Shown one piece after another: positions 19,238-29,649 of a stretch of DNA of 64,000 bases. A program made the position numbers and the translations under genes. Under the pieces are notes generated by a model. It did no database searches, was not told the origin of the DNA, and worked only from the letters and a program-made list of their open reading frames with translations. The stretch's first letter is position 1; the number at the start of each line of letters is the position of its first letter. The stretch comes from Verrucomicrobiia bacterium (lineage in GTDB: Bacteria; Verrucomicrobiota; Verrucomicrobiia; Limisphaerales; DSYF01): NCBI GenBank assembly GCA_035765895.1, contig DASTWL010000023.1, positions 41,310-105,309 of the forward strand. The letters run 5' to 3'.

Positions 19238-19996
19238 ATGAAAATTGAGGTCACCTTCACCCCTGCAGAGTTTGCGTTGCTGTCGCAGCGCGATCTTTCG
19301 GCCACTGCGTGCGTGGTTTTTGACGTCCTCCGCGCCACGAGCACGATGATTACGGCCCTCGCGCGCGGCGCGGAATTTGTGCAACCCGTCACCAGCATCG
19401 CCGAGGCCCTGCGCTGTCGCGCGGCAGATCCGGAGGTTCTCCTCGCCGGCGAACGAAACGGGCTGCGCATCACCGCCGCGGTTTCCAGCGGCGTCGATTT
19501 TGACCTCGGCAATTCACCGCGCGAATACACGTCCGCCGTGGTCCGCGGCCGGCGCATCGTTACGACCACCACCAACGGCACCCGCGCCCTGGTCGCCTGC
19601 CACCACGCGCGCCACGTGCTCGCCGGCGGCTTCTTGAATCTCCGACACACCGCGCAACAGGTGCTGCGATTCGACTGTGCCGGGGTGATTCTCGTGTGCA
19701 GCGGCACCGGCGAAGCAGCGGCCTTTGAGGACACGCTGGGCGCCGGCGCGTTGTGTGAACAGCTTGTCACGTTGAACCCCGCCATCGGGCTCACGGATTC
19801 GGCGCAGGAAGCGCGCGCGATGTTCCAGACCCACGCGGAGGATCTGGAAGGCGCCATGCACGCCTCGACGAATGCCGTCCGGCTCTTGGCCATTCCGGAT
19901 TTGCGCGATGACGTCGCCTTCTGCCTGACGCCGGACCTGTTTCCCATCACCGCGGCGGCCGATGCAGCCGGGCGTGTCCGGCGTGTGAGCACGTAA
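19238..19996 (+). CDS. comB: 2-phosphosulfolactate phosphatase family protein
   Basis: VVFDVLRATSTMITALARGA...GERNG...DLGNSP. ATG at 19238; the track start at 19235 is a TTG. Confidence 0.75.
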   Translation: MKIEVTFTPAEFALLSQRDLSATACVVFDVLRATSTMITALARGAEFVQPVTSIAEALRCRAADPEVLLAGERNGLRITAAVSSGVDFDLGNSPREYTSAVVRGRRIVTTTTNGTRALVACHHARHVLAGGFLNLRHTAQQVLRFDCAGVILVCSGTGEAAAFEDTLGAGALCEQLVTLNPAIGLTDSAQEARAMFQTHAEDLEGAMHASTNAVRLLAIPDLRDDVAFCLTPDLFPITAAADAAGRVRRVST

Positions 19997-20009
19997 CCGT
20001 CTCTCCAGC

Positions 20010-20630
20010 ATGAACGATTTCTCGCCACCCCATCCGGAACGCTTTGCCGCGGCCATCGCGCGGTTCGACGCGGAGAACGCCCGTGACCCGCGCAAGACTA
20101 CTGACGCAGGCGCGGCGCAGCCGCTGGAGGTGGCTTATTCGCGCTGGCTGACCGGCTGGGTGCTGCGGCTGCGGCCCGACGCGTCCGAGGCGCTGCGGCT
20201 CGCCGCCCGCAGCCAGCATTTGTGTCGGTGGGAAATCCCGCGCGAATCCTATCCCGCCACCCGCGCCGGATATTTGCAATGGCGCCAGAAGCTCAAGGCG
20301 TTTCACGCGGACAAGGCGGCCGAAATCTTGCGCGCCGTCGGCTACGACCAGGAAACAGTCCAACGCGTCCACGACCTGAACCTGAAACGGCATTTTCCTG
20401 AAGACGCCGAAGCCCGGACGTTGGAGGACGCTCTCTGCCTCCTGTTTCTGGAGCGGCAATTTGCCGAGCTCGCCCAAAAGACCACGCGGGAAAAGATGAT
20501 CGGCGCCCTGCAAAAATGCTGGGCGAAGATGACGCCCGCCGCCCGGTCGCTGGCCGGGACCATCATGTATGGCCCGCTTGAACGGCAATTGTTGACCGAC
20601 GCATTGGCCAGCCCGGACGCCGCGGGCTGA
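20010..20630 (+). CDS. DUF4202-like protein
   Basis: 206 aa. ...RPDASEALRLAARSQHLCRWEIPRESYPATRAGYLQWRQKLKAFHA... matches my recollection of DUF4202. Not verifiable here. Confidence 0.55.
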   Translation: MNDFSPPHPERFAAAIARFDAENARDPRKTTDAGAAQPLEVAYSRWLTGWVLRLRPDASEALRLAARSQHLCRWEIPRESYPATRAGYLQWRQKLKAFHADKAAEILRAVGYDQETVQRVHDLNLKRHFPEDAEARTLEDALCLLFLERQFAELAQKTTREKMIGALQKCWAKMTPAARSLAGTIMYGPLERQLLTDALASPDAAG

Positions 20631-20724
20631 CCCGTCGACGCCGCCGGCCCAACGCCAACCACCTGCCGAAAAGTCCTTTATTGCGCGGTCCAACGGCTTT
20701 CTCTAGCTTCGGCGGACTGGTGAC

Positions 20725-21597
20725 ATGAAGATTTTTATTGACGGAAAATACTACGGCGAGCGCGATGCGAAGGTGTCCGTGTTCGATCATGGCCTGCTTT
20801 ACGGCGACGGCATTTTCGAGGGCATCCGCATTTATCATGGCCGCATTTTCAAGCTCAAGGAGCACATCGACCGGCTATTTTACTCCGCCAAGGCCATTCT
20901 GCTCAACCTGCCGATGACGCATGAGGAAATCATGCGGGCCACCGTGGAAACCTGCCGCAAAAACAAGCTGCGCGACGGCTACATCCGCCTCGTCGTCACG
21001 CGCGGCGTGGGCAACCTCGGGTTGAATCCGAACAAGTGCAAAAAATCCTCCGTGATCGTCATCGCGGACAAAATCCAGCTTTACCCGCCGGAGTATTACG
21101 AACAGGGGCTCACAATTGTCACCGTGCCAACCACGCGCAACCTGCATAGCGCGTTGAATCCCGCGATCAAGTCGTTGAACTACCTCAACAACATTCTCGC
21201 CAAGATCGAGGCGAACAACGCCGGCTGCGAAGAGGCCATCATGCTCAACGCCGAGGGCTTTGTGGCCGAGTGCACGGGCGACAATGTGTTCATCGTAAAG
21301 AACGGCGAACTGTTCACCCCGCCGCTCTCGGCCGGCGCGCTTTACGGCATCACCCGCAGCACGGTGATTGAACTGGCCCGCGAGGCCGGCCTGTCTGTGG
21401 GTGAACCGACGTTGACGCGCTACGACCTGTTCAACGCCGACGAATGTTTCCTGACCGGCACCGGCGCCGAAATCGTGCCCGTGGTGAAGATCGATGGCCG
21501 CGTGATCGGCTCCGGCAAGCCCGGCCCCGTCACCCGCCAGCTCGAAAAGGCCTACCATGCCTTGACGAAGGTCAGTGGCGAGCCGATATACGGATAG
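20725..21597 (+). CDS. ilvE: Branched-chain amino acid aminotransferase (class IV)
   Basis: 290 aa. VSVFDHGLLYGDGIFEGIR...YIRLVVTRG...IKSLNYLNNILAK...ECTGDNVF. Confidence 0.88.
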   Translation: MKIFIDGKYYGERDAKVSVFDHGLLYGDGIFEGIRIYHGRIFKLKEHIDRLFYSAKAILLNLPMTHEEIMRATVETCRKNKLRDGYIRLVVTRGVGNLGLNPNKCKKSSVIVIADKIQLYPPEYYEQGLTIVTVPTTRNLHSALNPAIKSLNYLNNILAKIEANNAGCEEAIMLNAEGFVAECTGDNVFIVKNGELFTPPLSAGALYGITRSTVIELAREAGLSVGEPTLTRYDLFNADECFLTGTGAEIVPVVKIDGRVIGSGKPGPVTRQLEKAYHALTKVSGEPIYG

Positions 21598-21599
21598 CC

Positions 21600-22115
21600 A
21601 TGTTGTGCTGCGTTTGTAAGGAAAAGGAAGCCACGGTGCATCTGACCCAAATCGCCGGGGACAAGATGCAAAAGGTGGATCTCTGTGAGGAGTGCGCCAA
21701 ACAAAAGGGCGTCAATGACCCGACGGGCTTTTCCCTGGCTGACCTGCTGCTCGGGCTCGGTGCTTCACAGGAACTCGAGCACGCCGTCGGTGGCAGCGAC
21801 CTCAAATGCCCGCACTGCGGCTTTACGCAGGCGGATTTCAAGAAGACTGGCCGGCTGGGCTGTCCGGATTGCTACGATGTCTTCGGAGAGGGGCTCGAAT
21901 CACTGCTCAAGTCCATGCACAAGGGCACGCGGCACGCGGGCAAGGTTCCCGCCGCCCATCGCCAGGTGCGGGACCAGCAACGCCAGATTCAAACCCTGCA
22001 GGCGCAACTGGCCAAGGCCATCGAAAGCGAGGATTTTGAAAAGGCCGCCGAACTGCGCGACGAACTCAAGCGCGTGCAGGGCAAGTCCGGTGAACCCCAG
22101 CGTGCGAAGCCATGA
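21600..22115 (+). CDS. mcsA: McsA-like protein-arginine kinase activator (zinc fingers + UVR motif)
   Basis: MLCCVCKEKEATVHLTQI...DLCEECA...CPHCGFT...RLGCPDCY...IESEDFEKAAELRDELKRV. ATG at 21600, 2 nt after the ilvE stop. The track N-terminal extension lies inside ilvE. Confidence 0.8.
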   Translation: MLCCVCKEKEATVHLTQIAGDKMQKVDLCEECAKQKGVNDPTGFSLADLLLGLGASQELEHAVGGSDLKCPHCGFTQADFKKTGRLGCPDCYDVFGEGLESLLKSMHKGTRHAGKVPAAHRQVRDQQRQIQTLQAQLAKAIESEDFEKAAELRDELKRVQGKSGEPQRAKP

Positions 22116-23191
22116 ACATTCATGAATTCCTGCCTCCGCCCGCGGAAATCGCCCGCCGCAAAGGACCGCATGACCGGATTGTGATGTCGAGCCGCGTGCG
22201 CCTGGCCCGCAACATTTCGGGCGCCGCGTTTCCCGGCTGGGCCAAGAAAGCCGACCGGCAACAAACCTTGCAGGCGGTGCAGCCCGCGATTCAGCATCTG
22301 CCCCAGATGGCCGATTCGTTCGCGGCGGCGATGGACGACTTTTCCGCGCTCGACAAGCAGATTCTCGTCGAGCGGCATCTCATCAGCCGCGAACACGCCG
22401 CCCGCGGCGCCGGCAGCGGTCTGGTTCTCAACCGCGATGAAACGCTGTGCGTGATGATCAACGAGGAGGATCATCTGCGCATGCAGTCGTTGCGGCCCGG
22501 CCTGCAAATCAAACAGGCCTGGCAGGCGATTGACGCCGTCGATTCCGAGCTGGAAAAGCACCTCAACATCGCCTTCAACGACGAACTCGGCTATTTGACG
22601 GCCTGCCCGACCAACCTCGGGACGGGCATCCGCGTGAGCGCCATGCTGCATCTGCCCGGCCTGGTCCTGGACGAGCAGATCAACCCCATCATCCAGTCCG
22701 TGAACAAGCTCGGACTCGCCGTGCGCGGCCTTTACGGCGAAGGCACCGAAGCGCTGGGCAATGTCTTTCAGGTGTCCAATCAAATGACACTGGGCGAAAC
22801 AGAGGCCGCCATCGTCGAACGCCTGGAAAAGGTTCTGGCCCAAATCATCGAGCACGAAGAAAATGCCCGGGCCCGCCTGATGGAAAAAAAGGCGAAACAG
22901 AAGATGCTGTTCAACCACATCGGCCGCGCCTACGGCATTCTGGCCAACGCCCACCTCATCGCCTCGAAGGAAACGATGAACCTCCTCTCGCTCATGCGCC
23001 TGGGCATCGATCTGGGATTGTTTGGCGAAACCGACCGGGCGCTCGTTGACGAGCTGTTCATTCTGACCCAGCCCGGTCATTTGCAGAAGCTGCATTCCGA
23101 GAAACTCTCCACCGAGGAGCGCGACTACCTGCGTGCCGACATGCTGCGCGAACGGTTGCAGCACGTAAAACGGCCGCTGGTCCGCTCTTGA
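22112..23191 (+). CDS. mcsB: Protein arginine kinase (ATP:guanido phosphotransferase)
   Basis: 359 aa. SSRVRLARNISGAAFPGWA...INEEDHLRMQ...CPTNLGTGIRVSAMLHLPGL. ATGA overlap with mcsA. Confidence 0.85.
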   Translation: MNIHEFLPPPAEIARRKGPHDRIVMSSRVRLARNISGAAFPGWAKKADRQQTLQAVQPAIQHLPQMADSFAAAMDDFSALDKQILVERHLISREHAARGAGSGLVLNRDETLCVMINEEDHLRMQSLRPGLQIKQAWQAIDAVDSELEKHLNIAFNDELGYLTACPTNLGTGIRVSAMLHLPGLVLDEQINPIIQSVNKLGLAVRGLYGEGTEALGNVFQVSNQMTLGETEAAIVERLEKVLAQIIEHEENARARLMEKKAKQKMLFNHIGRAYGILANAHLIASKETMNLLSLMRLGIDLGLFGETDRALVDELFILTQPGHLQKLHSEKLSTEERDYLRADMLRERLQHVKRPLVRS

Positions 23192-23304
23192 GCCGGCGGA
23201 TCCGTCCGCCCGGCCGCGAGATTCCGGCCTGCGTTTTGCTCCCTTCCTGATTCCGCGTCATTCCCTGTCGGCGACGCTAGACAAAGCGAAGGGTCTGACG
23301 CATT

Positions 23305-25815
23305 TTGGGGCAAGAAACTATGAGCGATGAAGCAATGAGCAACTTTACCCCCCGGGCGCAACAAGTCCTCGCGCTGGCGCGCAAGGAGGCAGACCGCTTC
23401 AACCACAATTTTGTGGGCACCGAACATCTGCTGCTGGGACTCATCAAGCTCGGCCAGGGCGTCGCCGTCAACGTGCTGCAAAAAATGGGCCTCGACCTCG
23501 AGACCGTCCGCATGGAGGTCGAGAAACAGGTGGGCACCGGTCCGGAGACCAAACAGCTCGGCAACATCCCCTACACCCCCCGCGTCAAGAAGGTCCTCGC
23601 GCTCGCACAAAAGGAAGCCAAAGCCCTCAATCACACCTACGTGGGCACCGAACATGTTCTGCTCGGATTGCTCCGCGAAGGCGACGGTGTGGCCGCCCGG
23701 GTGTTGAAAAGCCTCGACGTGGACATTGAACTTTGCCGGCAGGAGATTTTGAAGGAGCTCAACCCCGAATTTGCCGCCCAAGAGGAAGGCGCCGAGCCGG
23801 TGGAGAAGCCGGCTCCTGGTGAGAAGAAGGGTGACCTGAAAACGCCCGCACTCAAGGCGTTCGGCCGCGATCTGACAGAAATCGCCCGCAAAGGTGAGAT
23901 GGACCCGGTCATCGGCCGGAAAAATGAAATCGAGCGCGTTATCCAGATTCTCTGCCGCCGCACCAAAAACAATCCCGTCCTGCTCGGCGAAGCCGGCGTG
24001 GGCAAAACCGCCATCGTCGAAGGCCTGGCCCAGGAAATTGCCGACGGCAACGTCCCTGAAATCCTACGCGACAAACGCGTCATCACGCTGGACCTCGCCC
24101 TGATGGTGGCCGGCACCAAATACCGCGGTCAGTTTGAAGAGCGCATCAAGGCCGTCATGGACGAAATCCGCCGCTCCAAGAACATCATTCTGTTCATTGA
24201 CGAGCTGCACACCATTGTCGGCGCCGGCTCCGCGGAAGGCACGATGGACGCCTCCAACATCATCAAGCCCGCGCTCAGCCGCGGCGAGATGCAGTGCGTG
24301 GGCGCCACCACCTTGAACGAGTATCGCAAATACATCGAAAAGGATGCCGCGCTCGAGCGTCGGTTCCAGTCCGTCAAGGTCGAGCCGCCCTCGATTGACG
24401 AAGCCGTCCTCATCCTCAGGGGGCTGGCCCCGAAATATGAGGAGCACCACAAGGTTGATTTCACCGACCGGGCAATCGAATCCGCCGTGAAGCTGTCGGA
24501 TCGTTACATCACGGACCGTTACCTGCCCGACAAGGCCATCGACCTGATGGACGAAGCGGGCTCACGCGCGCGCATCAGCACCATGACCCGGCCGCCGGAA
24601 GTGAAGGCGATCGAGCTGGAAATCGAGGACATCAAGGGCAAGAAGGAGCAGGCCATCAAGAGCCAGGACTTCGAAGGCGCCGCCGCCATGCGGGACAAGG
24701 AAAAGCAGGCCAAGGAAAAGCTTGAATCCGTGCTCAACGAATGGCGTGCCAACCGTGAGGAAAAACGGGTCACCGTTGACGAGGAGGACATCCTCCATGT
24801 GGTATCCAAGTGGACTGGTATTCCGCTCAAGCGGATGGAGCGCGACGAAGCCCAGCGCCTGCTCGCCATCGAGGAAGAAATGGGCAAGGTGGTCATCGGC
24901 CAGCGCGCCGCCGTCAGCGCCCTGTGCAAGGCGCTCCGCCGCTCCCGTGCCGATTTGAAGGATCCGAAACGCCCCATTGGCACGTTTGCGCTTTTGGGCC
25001 CCACCGGCGTGGGCAAAACACTGCTCGCCAAGACGCTCGCTGAGCAGATGTTTGGCGACGCCAAGGCGCTCATCCAGCTCGACATGAGCGAATACATGGA
25101 AAAGTTCAACGTATCACGCCTCGTGGGTTCACCGCCCGGCTACGTGGGCTATGAAGAAGGCGGCCAGCTCACCGAGGCGGTGCGCCGTCGGCCGTATTCC
25201 GTGGTGTTGTTCGATGAAATCGAAAAGGCGCACCCCGACGTATGGAACATGCTGCTGCAGATCCTCGAAGAAGGTAAGCTGACCGACAGCGTCGGCCGCG
25301 TGGTCAGCTTCCGAAACACGATCATTCTCCTCACGTCGAACGTGGGCTCCGGCGGTTCGCGCAAGCAGGCCGCCATGGGCTTCGGCACCATCAGTGACGA
25401 GCAAACCTACGAAAGCATGCGCGAACAGATCATGGAGGAGGCCAAGAAAACCTTCCGGCCGGAATTCCTCAACCGCCTCGACGACATCGTGGTCTTCCGC
25501 TCGCTGACGAAGCCGGATCTCATCCAGATCCTCGACCTCGAAATCGACAAGGTCGTGCAACGTCTGAAACACAAAAAGCTCACGTTGCAACTGGACGAGA
25601 AGGCGAAGGACTTCCTCGTCGAACGCGGTTATGAGCCGCAATACGGTGCCCGCCCCATGCGCCGCGCCGTGGAGCGGTATCTCGAAGACCCGCTGGCAGA
25701 GGAACTCCTGCGCGGCCATCTCCACGAAGGCGAGCCTATTCTCGTCACGCCGGACAAGGACAAGCTGACGTTCTCCCAAAACCAGGAAACCGCCGAAGGC
25801 GCCTTGTCGAGCTGA
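23305..25815 (+). CDS. clpC: ATP-dependent Clp protease ATP-binding subunit ClpC
   Basis: 836 aa. Two Clp_N repeats ([20 protein letters not shown]), two AAA+ modules ([17 protein letters not shown]) and a UVR-like linker [16 protein letters not shown]. The true start may be the ATG at 23320 or 23335. Confidence 0.92.
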   Translation: MGQETMSDEAMSNFTPRAQQVLALARKEADRFNHNFVGTEHLLLGLIKLGQGVAVNVLQKMGLDLETVRMEVEKQVGTGPETKQLGNIPYTPRVKKVLALAQKEAKALNHTYVGTEHVLLGLLREGDGVAARVLKSLDVDIELCRQEILKELNPEFAAQEEGAEPVEKPAPGEKKGDLKTPALKAFGRDLTEIARKGEMDPVIGRKNEIERVIQILCRRTKNNPVLLGEAGVGKTAIVEGLAQEIADGNVPEILRDKRVITLDLALMVAGTKYRGQFEERIKAVMDEIRRSKNIILFIDELHTIVGAGSAEGTMDASNIIKPALSRGEMQCVGATTLNEYRKYIEKDAALERRFQSVKVEPPSIDEAVLILRGLAPKYEEHHKVDFTDRAIESAVKLSDRYITDRYLPDKAIDLMDEAGSRARISTMTRPPEVKAIELEIEDIKGKKEQAIKSQDFEGAAAMRDKEKQAKEKLESVLNEWRANREEKRVTVDEEDILHVVSKWTGIPLKRMERDEAQRLLAIEEEMGKVVIGQRAAVSALCKALRRSRADLKDPKRPIGTFALLGPTGVGKTLLAKTLAEQMFGDAKALIQLDMSEYMEKFNVSRLVGSPPGYVGYEEGGQLTEAVRRRPYSVVLFDEIEKAHPDVWNMLLQILEEGKLTDSVGRVVSFRNTIILLTSNVGSGGSRKQAAMGFGTISDEQTYESMREQIMEEAKKTFRPEFLNRLDDIVVFRSLTKPDLIQILDLEIDKVVQRLKHKKLTLQLDEKAKDFLVERGYEPQYGARPMRRAVERYLEDPLAEELLRGHLHEGEPILVTPDKDKLTFSQNQETAEGALSS

Positions 25816-25834
25816 GGATTTACAGCATTTCATC

Positions 25835-25870
25835 GGGGCGTTGGCGGACGGCCGACGCCCCTTTTCTTTT
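25835..25870 (+). terminator. Intrinsic terminator after clpC
   Basis: GGGGCGTTGGC-ggac-GGCCGACGCCCC followed by TTTTCTTTT. Confidence 0.6.
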
Positions 25871-26215
25871 GCGGGCGCGCGGAGCAAACCCCAGCCCACC
25901 CACGAGCGGCCGGCCATGGGTGGCCTGCCGGCCACCCGGCTGCCGGGTCCAACGCGGTGAAAAACATTGAAAGTTCCATGCTGATTCTCGAAAGTCTGCT
26001 GGCAGATTTGCCAGCCGGCCAGCCTGGCGGGAATGGTCCCGAAAAACGAAAGGCTGGCAACAACCAGATCTGTCAGCGCACGCAACTTGAGCATCACCAC
26101 CAGCAATCCGAATCGCCTGGGGCTGTGGGATTTTAGAGGGGAGCCCAAGCCGCCGGAAACGAATCACCCTTCCGGTCAACGCTGGTCCGTGCCCGGCGAT
26201 CCGCCCCGTTGAATT

Positions 26216-27253
26216 ATGTCACTCTGGGTCATTCGCACTTTGTTTCTGCTGCTGTGCATCACGGCCGGCTTCGCCATCAGCCAGGTGTATCCCGATTACA
26301 CGACCCATCCGGTGCTGGGCATGGTCATCGGCTTTGGTTTCGGCGGACTGCTCATCGCCATTGACGAAATGCTCAAGGGCTTTTCGTTGCGGGCCTTTTC
26401 CGCCACCACCTTCGGACTTTTCCTCGGCTCCGTCGTGGCCCTGCTCGTGGACCAGTCGGGCCTGTTCGTTTCAGATGAACCCAACGACCCCACCCGGCGG
26501 ATGATCCGCATCGGGCTGTTTCTGGGATTTGGCTACATCGGCATGGTGCTGGCCATGCGCAGCAACAAGGAGGATTTTTCGCTCATCATTCCCTACGTGC
26601 GCTTCACCCGGCAGGCCAAGGCGGACAACCTGCTGCTCCTCGACACCAGCGCCATCATCGACGGGCGCATCGCCGATCTCATTGAATCCAACTTTCTCGA
26701 GGGCATGATTGTGGTGCCACGGTTCGTTCTGCGGGAGCTCCAACAGATCGCCGATTCGACGGACCCGGTCAAACGCAGCCGCGGGCGCCGCGGACTGGAG
26801 ATTCTGAACCGCATTCAGCGCAACATTCGCAACGAGGTGAAAATCCACGATGCCGAATTCCCGGATGAAGCGGGCGTGGACGCGAAGTTGATGCGCCTGG
26901 CCCGCAATCTGGGCGCCCGCATTTACACCACCGACTACAACCTCGCCAAAATCGCGGAGCTGCAATCCATCAGTTGCGTGAATTTGAGCGACGTGGCGCG
27001 CTGCCTGCGCGTCATCCTGCTTCCCGGCGAAATGCTGAACCTGCGCATCGTCCGGGAAGGGAAGGAACGCAACCAGGGCATCGGCTATCTGCCGGACGGC
27101 ACCATGGTTGTGGTCAACAATGCTCAGGCGCACATCGGGCAACACATCGATGCCCAGGTCCAGAGCACCCATCAAACCGGCGCGGGCATCATTGTATTCG
27201 CGGATCTTCGCCCTACCTTGAGCCACGCCCAAACCCCGGCCGCCACCGCATGA
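26216..27253 (+). CDS. PIN/TRAM-domain membrane protein (YacL-like)
   Basis: 345 aa. N-terminal TM helices. PIN core LLLDTSAIIDGRIADLIESNFLEG..VVPRFVLRELQ. TRAM-like C-terminus GEMLNLRIVREGKERNQGIGYLPDGTMVVV. Confidence 0.8.
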   Translation: MSLWVIRTLFLLLCITAGFAISQVYPDYTTHPVLGMVIGFGFGGLLIAIDEMLKGFSLRAFSATTFGLFLGSVVALLVDQSGLFVSDEPNDPTRRMIRIGLFLGFGYIGMVLAMRSNKEDFSLIIPYVRFTRQAKADNLLLLDTSAIIDGRIADLIESNFLEGMIVVPRFVLRELQQIADSTDPVKRSRGRRGLEILNRIQRNIRNEVKIHDAEFPDEAGVDAKLMRLARNLGARIYTTDYNLAKIAELQSISCVNLSDVARCLRVILLPGEMLNLRIVREGKERNQGIGYLPDGTMVVVNNAQAHIGQHIDAQVQSTHQTGAGIIVFADLRPTLSHAQTPAATA

Positions 27254-27504
27254 AACTCGTCACCGTTCACACCGCCTTGAATCCCGCCGAGGCGCAACTG
27301 GCCAATTCCCGCCTGCAAGCCGCCGGTTTTCATTCGGTCGTCATGGGCGAACTCGCCGCCCTGAGCATGGAAGGTTATGCGCTCACCGCGGGCGGCATCC
27401 GCGTTCAGGTGCCGGAAACGGAAGCGGAGGATGCGCGACTGCTCCTCAATTCGTCGCCGGATTCCCCGGACGCAACAGACGGTCAGAATTCTCCGGAAGA
27501 CTGA
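27250..27504 (+). CDS. DUF2007-like small protein
   Basis: 84 aa. MKLVTVHTALNPAEAQLANSRLQAAGFHSVVMGE...GGIRVQVPETEAEDARLLL. ATGA overlap with the PIN/TRAM stop. The longer track ORF (26974) is a shadow inside the upstream gene. Confidence 0.55.
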   Translation: MKLVTVHTALNPAEAQLANSRLQAAGFHSVVMGELAALSMEGYALTAGGIRVQVPETEAEDARLLLNSSPDSPDATDGQNSPED

Positions 27505-27507
27505 ACC

Positions 27508-28887
27508 ATGGCTTCACTCCCGCCCCGCCTCGCCCGCCAGTTGCGGCGCCTGTTGCCCGCGGACGAAATTTCCTTCGACCCCGCCGTCCGCCAGGACCAC
27601 GCGGGCGACAAATGGTTTGCCAGCCATCAGCCTGACGTCGTCGCCCTGCCCCGCTCAACCGCCTCGGTGGCGCGGCTGCTGGCCTTCGCGAATCGTCACC
27701 AACTGCCCGTCACCGCGCGCGGCGCCGGGCACGGCTACGTTGGCGGCTGCGTCCCGATGCGGGGCGGCATCGTGCTTTCCACCGCGCGCCTGAACCGCAT
27801 CAAGGAAATCAACGCGGCGGATTTCGTCGCCGTGGTGGAACCGGCCGTGATCACGGCGGAACTTCAGGCGCATGTGGAAAAGCGCGGCCTGTTCTACCCG
27901 CCCGATCCCGCCAGCCGGGCGAACAATTCCATCGGCGGCAACATTGCCACGAATGCCGGTGGTCCGCGCTGCCTGAAGTATGGCGTCACGCGGGATTACG
28001 TGCTCGGGCTGGAAGTGGTGCTGGCCGGCGGCCGGGTGGTGCGCCTCGGCGGCCGCACGCACAAGAACAAAACCGGCTTTGACCTGCACCGGCTATTCGT
28101 CGGATCGGAGGGGCTGCTGGGCATCGTCACCGAAGCCACGCTCAAGCTGATTCCCCTCCCGCCATTTCGTGCGAACCTGGCCATTGGCTTCAGCACCACG
28201 CGCGATGCGCTCGCCACGTTACACGCCATCTTCGCCGCCGGGTTCCTGCCCTGCGCGCTCGAAGTCGCCGATGAATTCACGCTCGCCGCCGCCTACCAAC
28301 GCACCAAGAGCGAACGGCTCCGCGGCTGCAAAGCGCATTTGATCGTGGAACTCGACGGGCACGAAAAGTCCATCCGCGGCGAATTGAAGGCCCTGGAGAA
28401 AATCATCAGGCGCCAGAACCCGCTGTCGGTGGCCCGTGGTTTGGGGGCGAACGCGTGCGAGGAGATTTGGAAAATTCGCCGCGAATTTTCCTATGCCCTG
28501 CGGGACACGGGACTGACCAAGCTGAACGAAGACATCGTGGTGCCGCGCGGAAAGCTGCAGCACCTGTTCCGCTTCGCCGCACAATTGCAAAGGAAGCACG
28601 GGCTTGCGATTGCCTGCTTCGGCCACGCCGGCGACGGCAACATCCACACCAACGTCATGGTGGACTTCAACCAGCCAGGCGCCCGGCAGCGCTCGGAGGC
28701 CTGCCTCGATGAGCTGTTCCGGCAGGTCATCGCGTGGGGCGGCAGCATCACAGGCGAACACGGAATCGGCCTGGCCAAAAAACGCTGGTGGCCGCGCGCC
28801 GTTTCCGCGGAGTCGCTCGCGTTGCACCGCACCATCAAGCGTGCGCTGGATCCGCGGGGCATTCTGAATCCGGGCAAGTTTGTTTGA
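27508..28887 (+). CDS. FAD-linked oxidase (GlcD/D-lactate dehydrogenase family)
   Basis: 459 aa. PVTARGAGHGYVGG...NIATNAGGPRCLKYG...ITGEHGIGLAKK...LDPRGILNPGK. Confidence 0.82.
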   Translation: MASLPPRLARQLRRLLPADEISFDPAVRQDHAGDKWFASHQPDVVALPRSTASVARLLAFANRHQLPVTARGAGHGYVGGCVPMRGGIVLSTARLNRIKEINAADFVAVVEPAVITAELQAHVEKRGLFYPPDPASRANNSIGGNIATNAGGPRCLKYGVTRDYVLGLEVVLAGGRVVRLGGRTHKNKTGFDLHRLFVGSEGLLGIVTEATLKLIPLPPFRANLAIGFSTTRDALATLHAIFAAGFLPCALEVADEFTLAAAYQRTKSERLRGCKAHLIVELDGHEKSIRGELKALEKIIRRQNPLSVARGLGANACEEIWKIRREFSYALRDTGLTKLNEDIVVPRGKLQHLFRFAAQLQRKHGLAIACFGHAGDGNIHTNVMVDFNQPGARQRSEACLDELFRQVIAWGGSITGEHGIGLAKKRWWPRAVSAESLALHRTIKRALDPRGILNPGKFV

Positions 28888-29590
28888 GCACGGATTCGAC
28901 CGCGCCGACCAGCACCACGAACTCGCCTTTCAACGGGCGTTGTTGGGAGCGCGTCAGCAAGTCGGCCGGTTTGCCACGCAGAAACTCCTCAAATTTTTTC
29001 GTCACTTCGCGCGCCAGCACCACGTTTCGCCCGGGCATCACCGCCTCCAACTCGCCCAGGAGCTTCTCGATCCGGTAGGGCGATTCGTAAAACACCAGGG
29101 TGCCGGGCACCTGGCTCAGGCGGGAAAGCTCATTGCGCCGCTGGCCGGATTTGTGCGGGAGAAAACCGACAAAGTGGAACTCGCCGGTGGGCAGACCGCT
29201 GGCGGTGAGCGCCGCCACCAACGCACAGGCGCCCGGCACCGCTTCAACCCGATGCCCGGCGGCAATCGCCGCCCGCACCACGCGCTCGCCCGGATCGCTG
29301 ATGCCCGGGCTGCCGGCGTCCGTGACCAGCGCGATCTTCTCCCCGCGCCCCAGACGGGCGATGATCTCCTCGCTGCGCCGGGCTTCATTGAACTGAAAAT
29401 AGCTGAGCAGCGGCTTGTGGATTTCGAAATGCCGCAGCAACTGCCCGGTGCGCCGGGTATCTTCGGCGGCCACCACGTCGCACTCGCGCAACACCCGGAG
29501 CGCGCGCAGGGTGATGTCCTCCAGATTGCCAATCGGCGTCGCGACCAGATACAGCGTCGCGGGTGTGAGGGACGGTAATGCGGCAACCAT
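28835..29590 (-). CDS. rsmI: 16S rRNA (cytidine1402-2'-O)-methyltransferase
   Basis: 251 aa. LYLVATPIGNLEDITLRALRVLRECDVVAAEDTR...DAGSPGISDPG. The 3' end overlaps the convergent glcD-like gene by 53 nt. Confidence 0.85.
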   Translation of the reverse strand: MVAALPSLTPATLYLVATPIGNLEDITLRALRVLRECDVVAAEDTRRTGQLLRHFEIHKPLLSYFQFNEARRSEEIIARLGRGEKIALVTDAGSPGISDPGERVVRAAIAAGHRVEAVPGACALVAALTASGLPTGEFHFVGFLPHKSGQRRNELSRLSQVPGTLVFYESPYRIEKLLGELEAVMPGRNVVLAREVTKKFEEFLRGKPADLLTRSQQRPLKGEFVVLVGAVESVLKQTCPDSECPADPAHA

Positions 29591-29649
29591 GCCGGCAGTT
29601 TAACGGCCGCCCGCCGCCAGCGCCAGTCCCGCCGGAATTATCACGGCGT

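Noticed and set aside
21444-21599. N-terminal extension of the mcsA ORF, and a search for a CtsR-type direct-repeat operator (GGTCAAA-type) upstream of mcsA.
   Set aside because: The extension lies inside ilvE in another frame. There are only 2 nt between ilvE and the mcsA ATG, and no GGTCAAA repeats were seen in the ilvE 3' end.
25871-26215. 345-bp unannotated spacer between the clpC terminator and the PIN/TRAM gene. It has a locally AT-richer patch and a 52-codon ORF (25978-26136).
   Set aside because: The ORF product (MLILESLLADLPAGQPGGNGPEKRK...) has no motifs. I saw no conserved ncRNA signature (no SRP, tmRNA, RNase P or 6S hallmarks that I can recognise by eye). Most likely it is a promoter/leader region.
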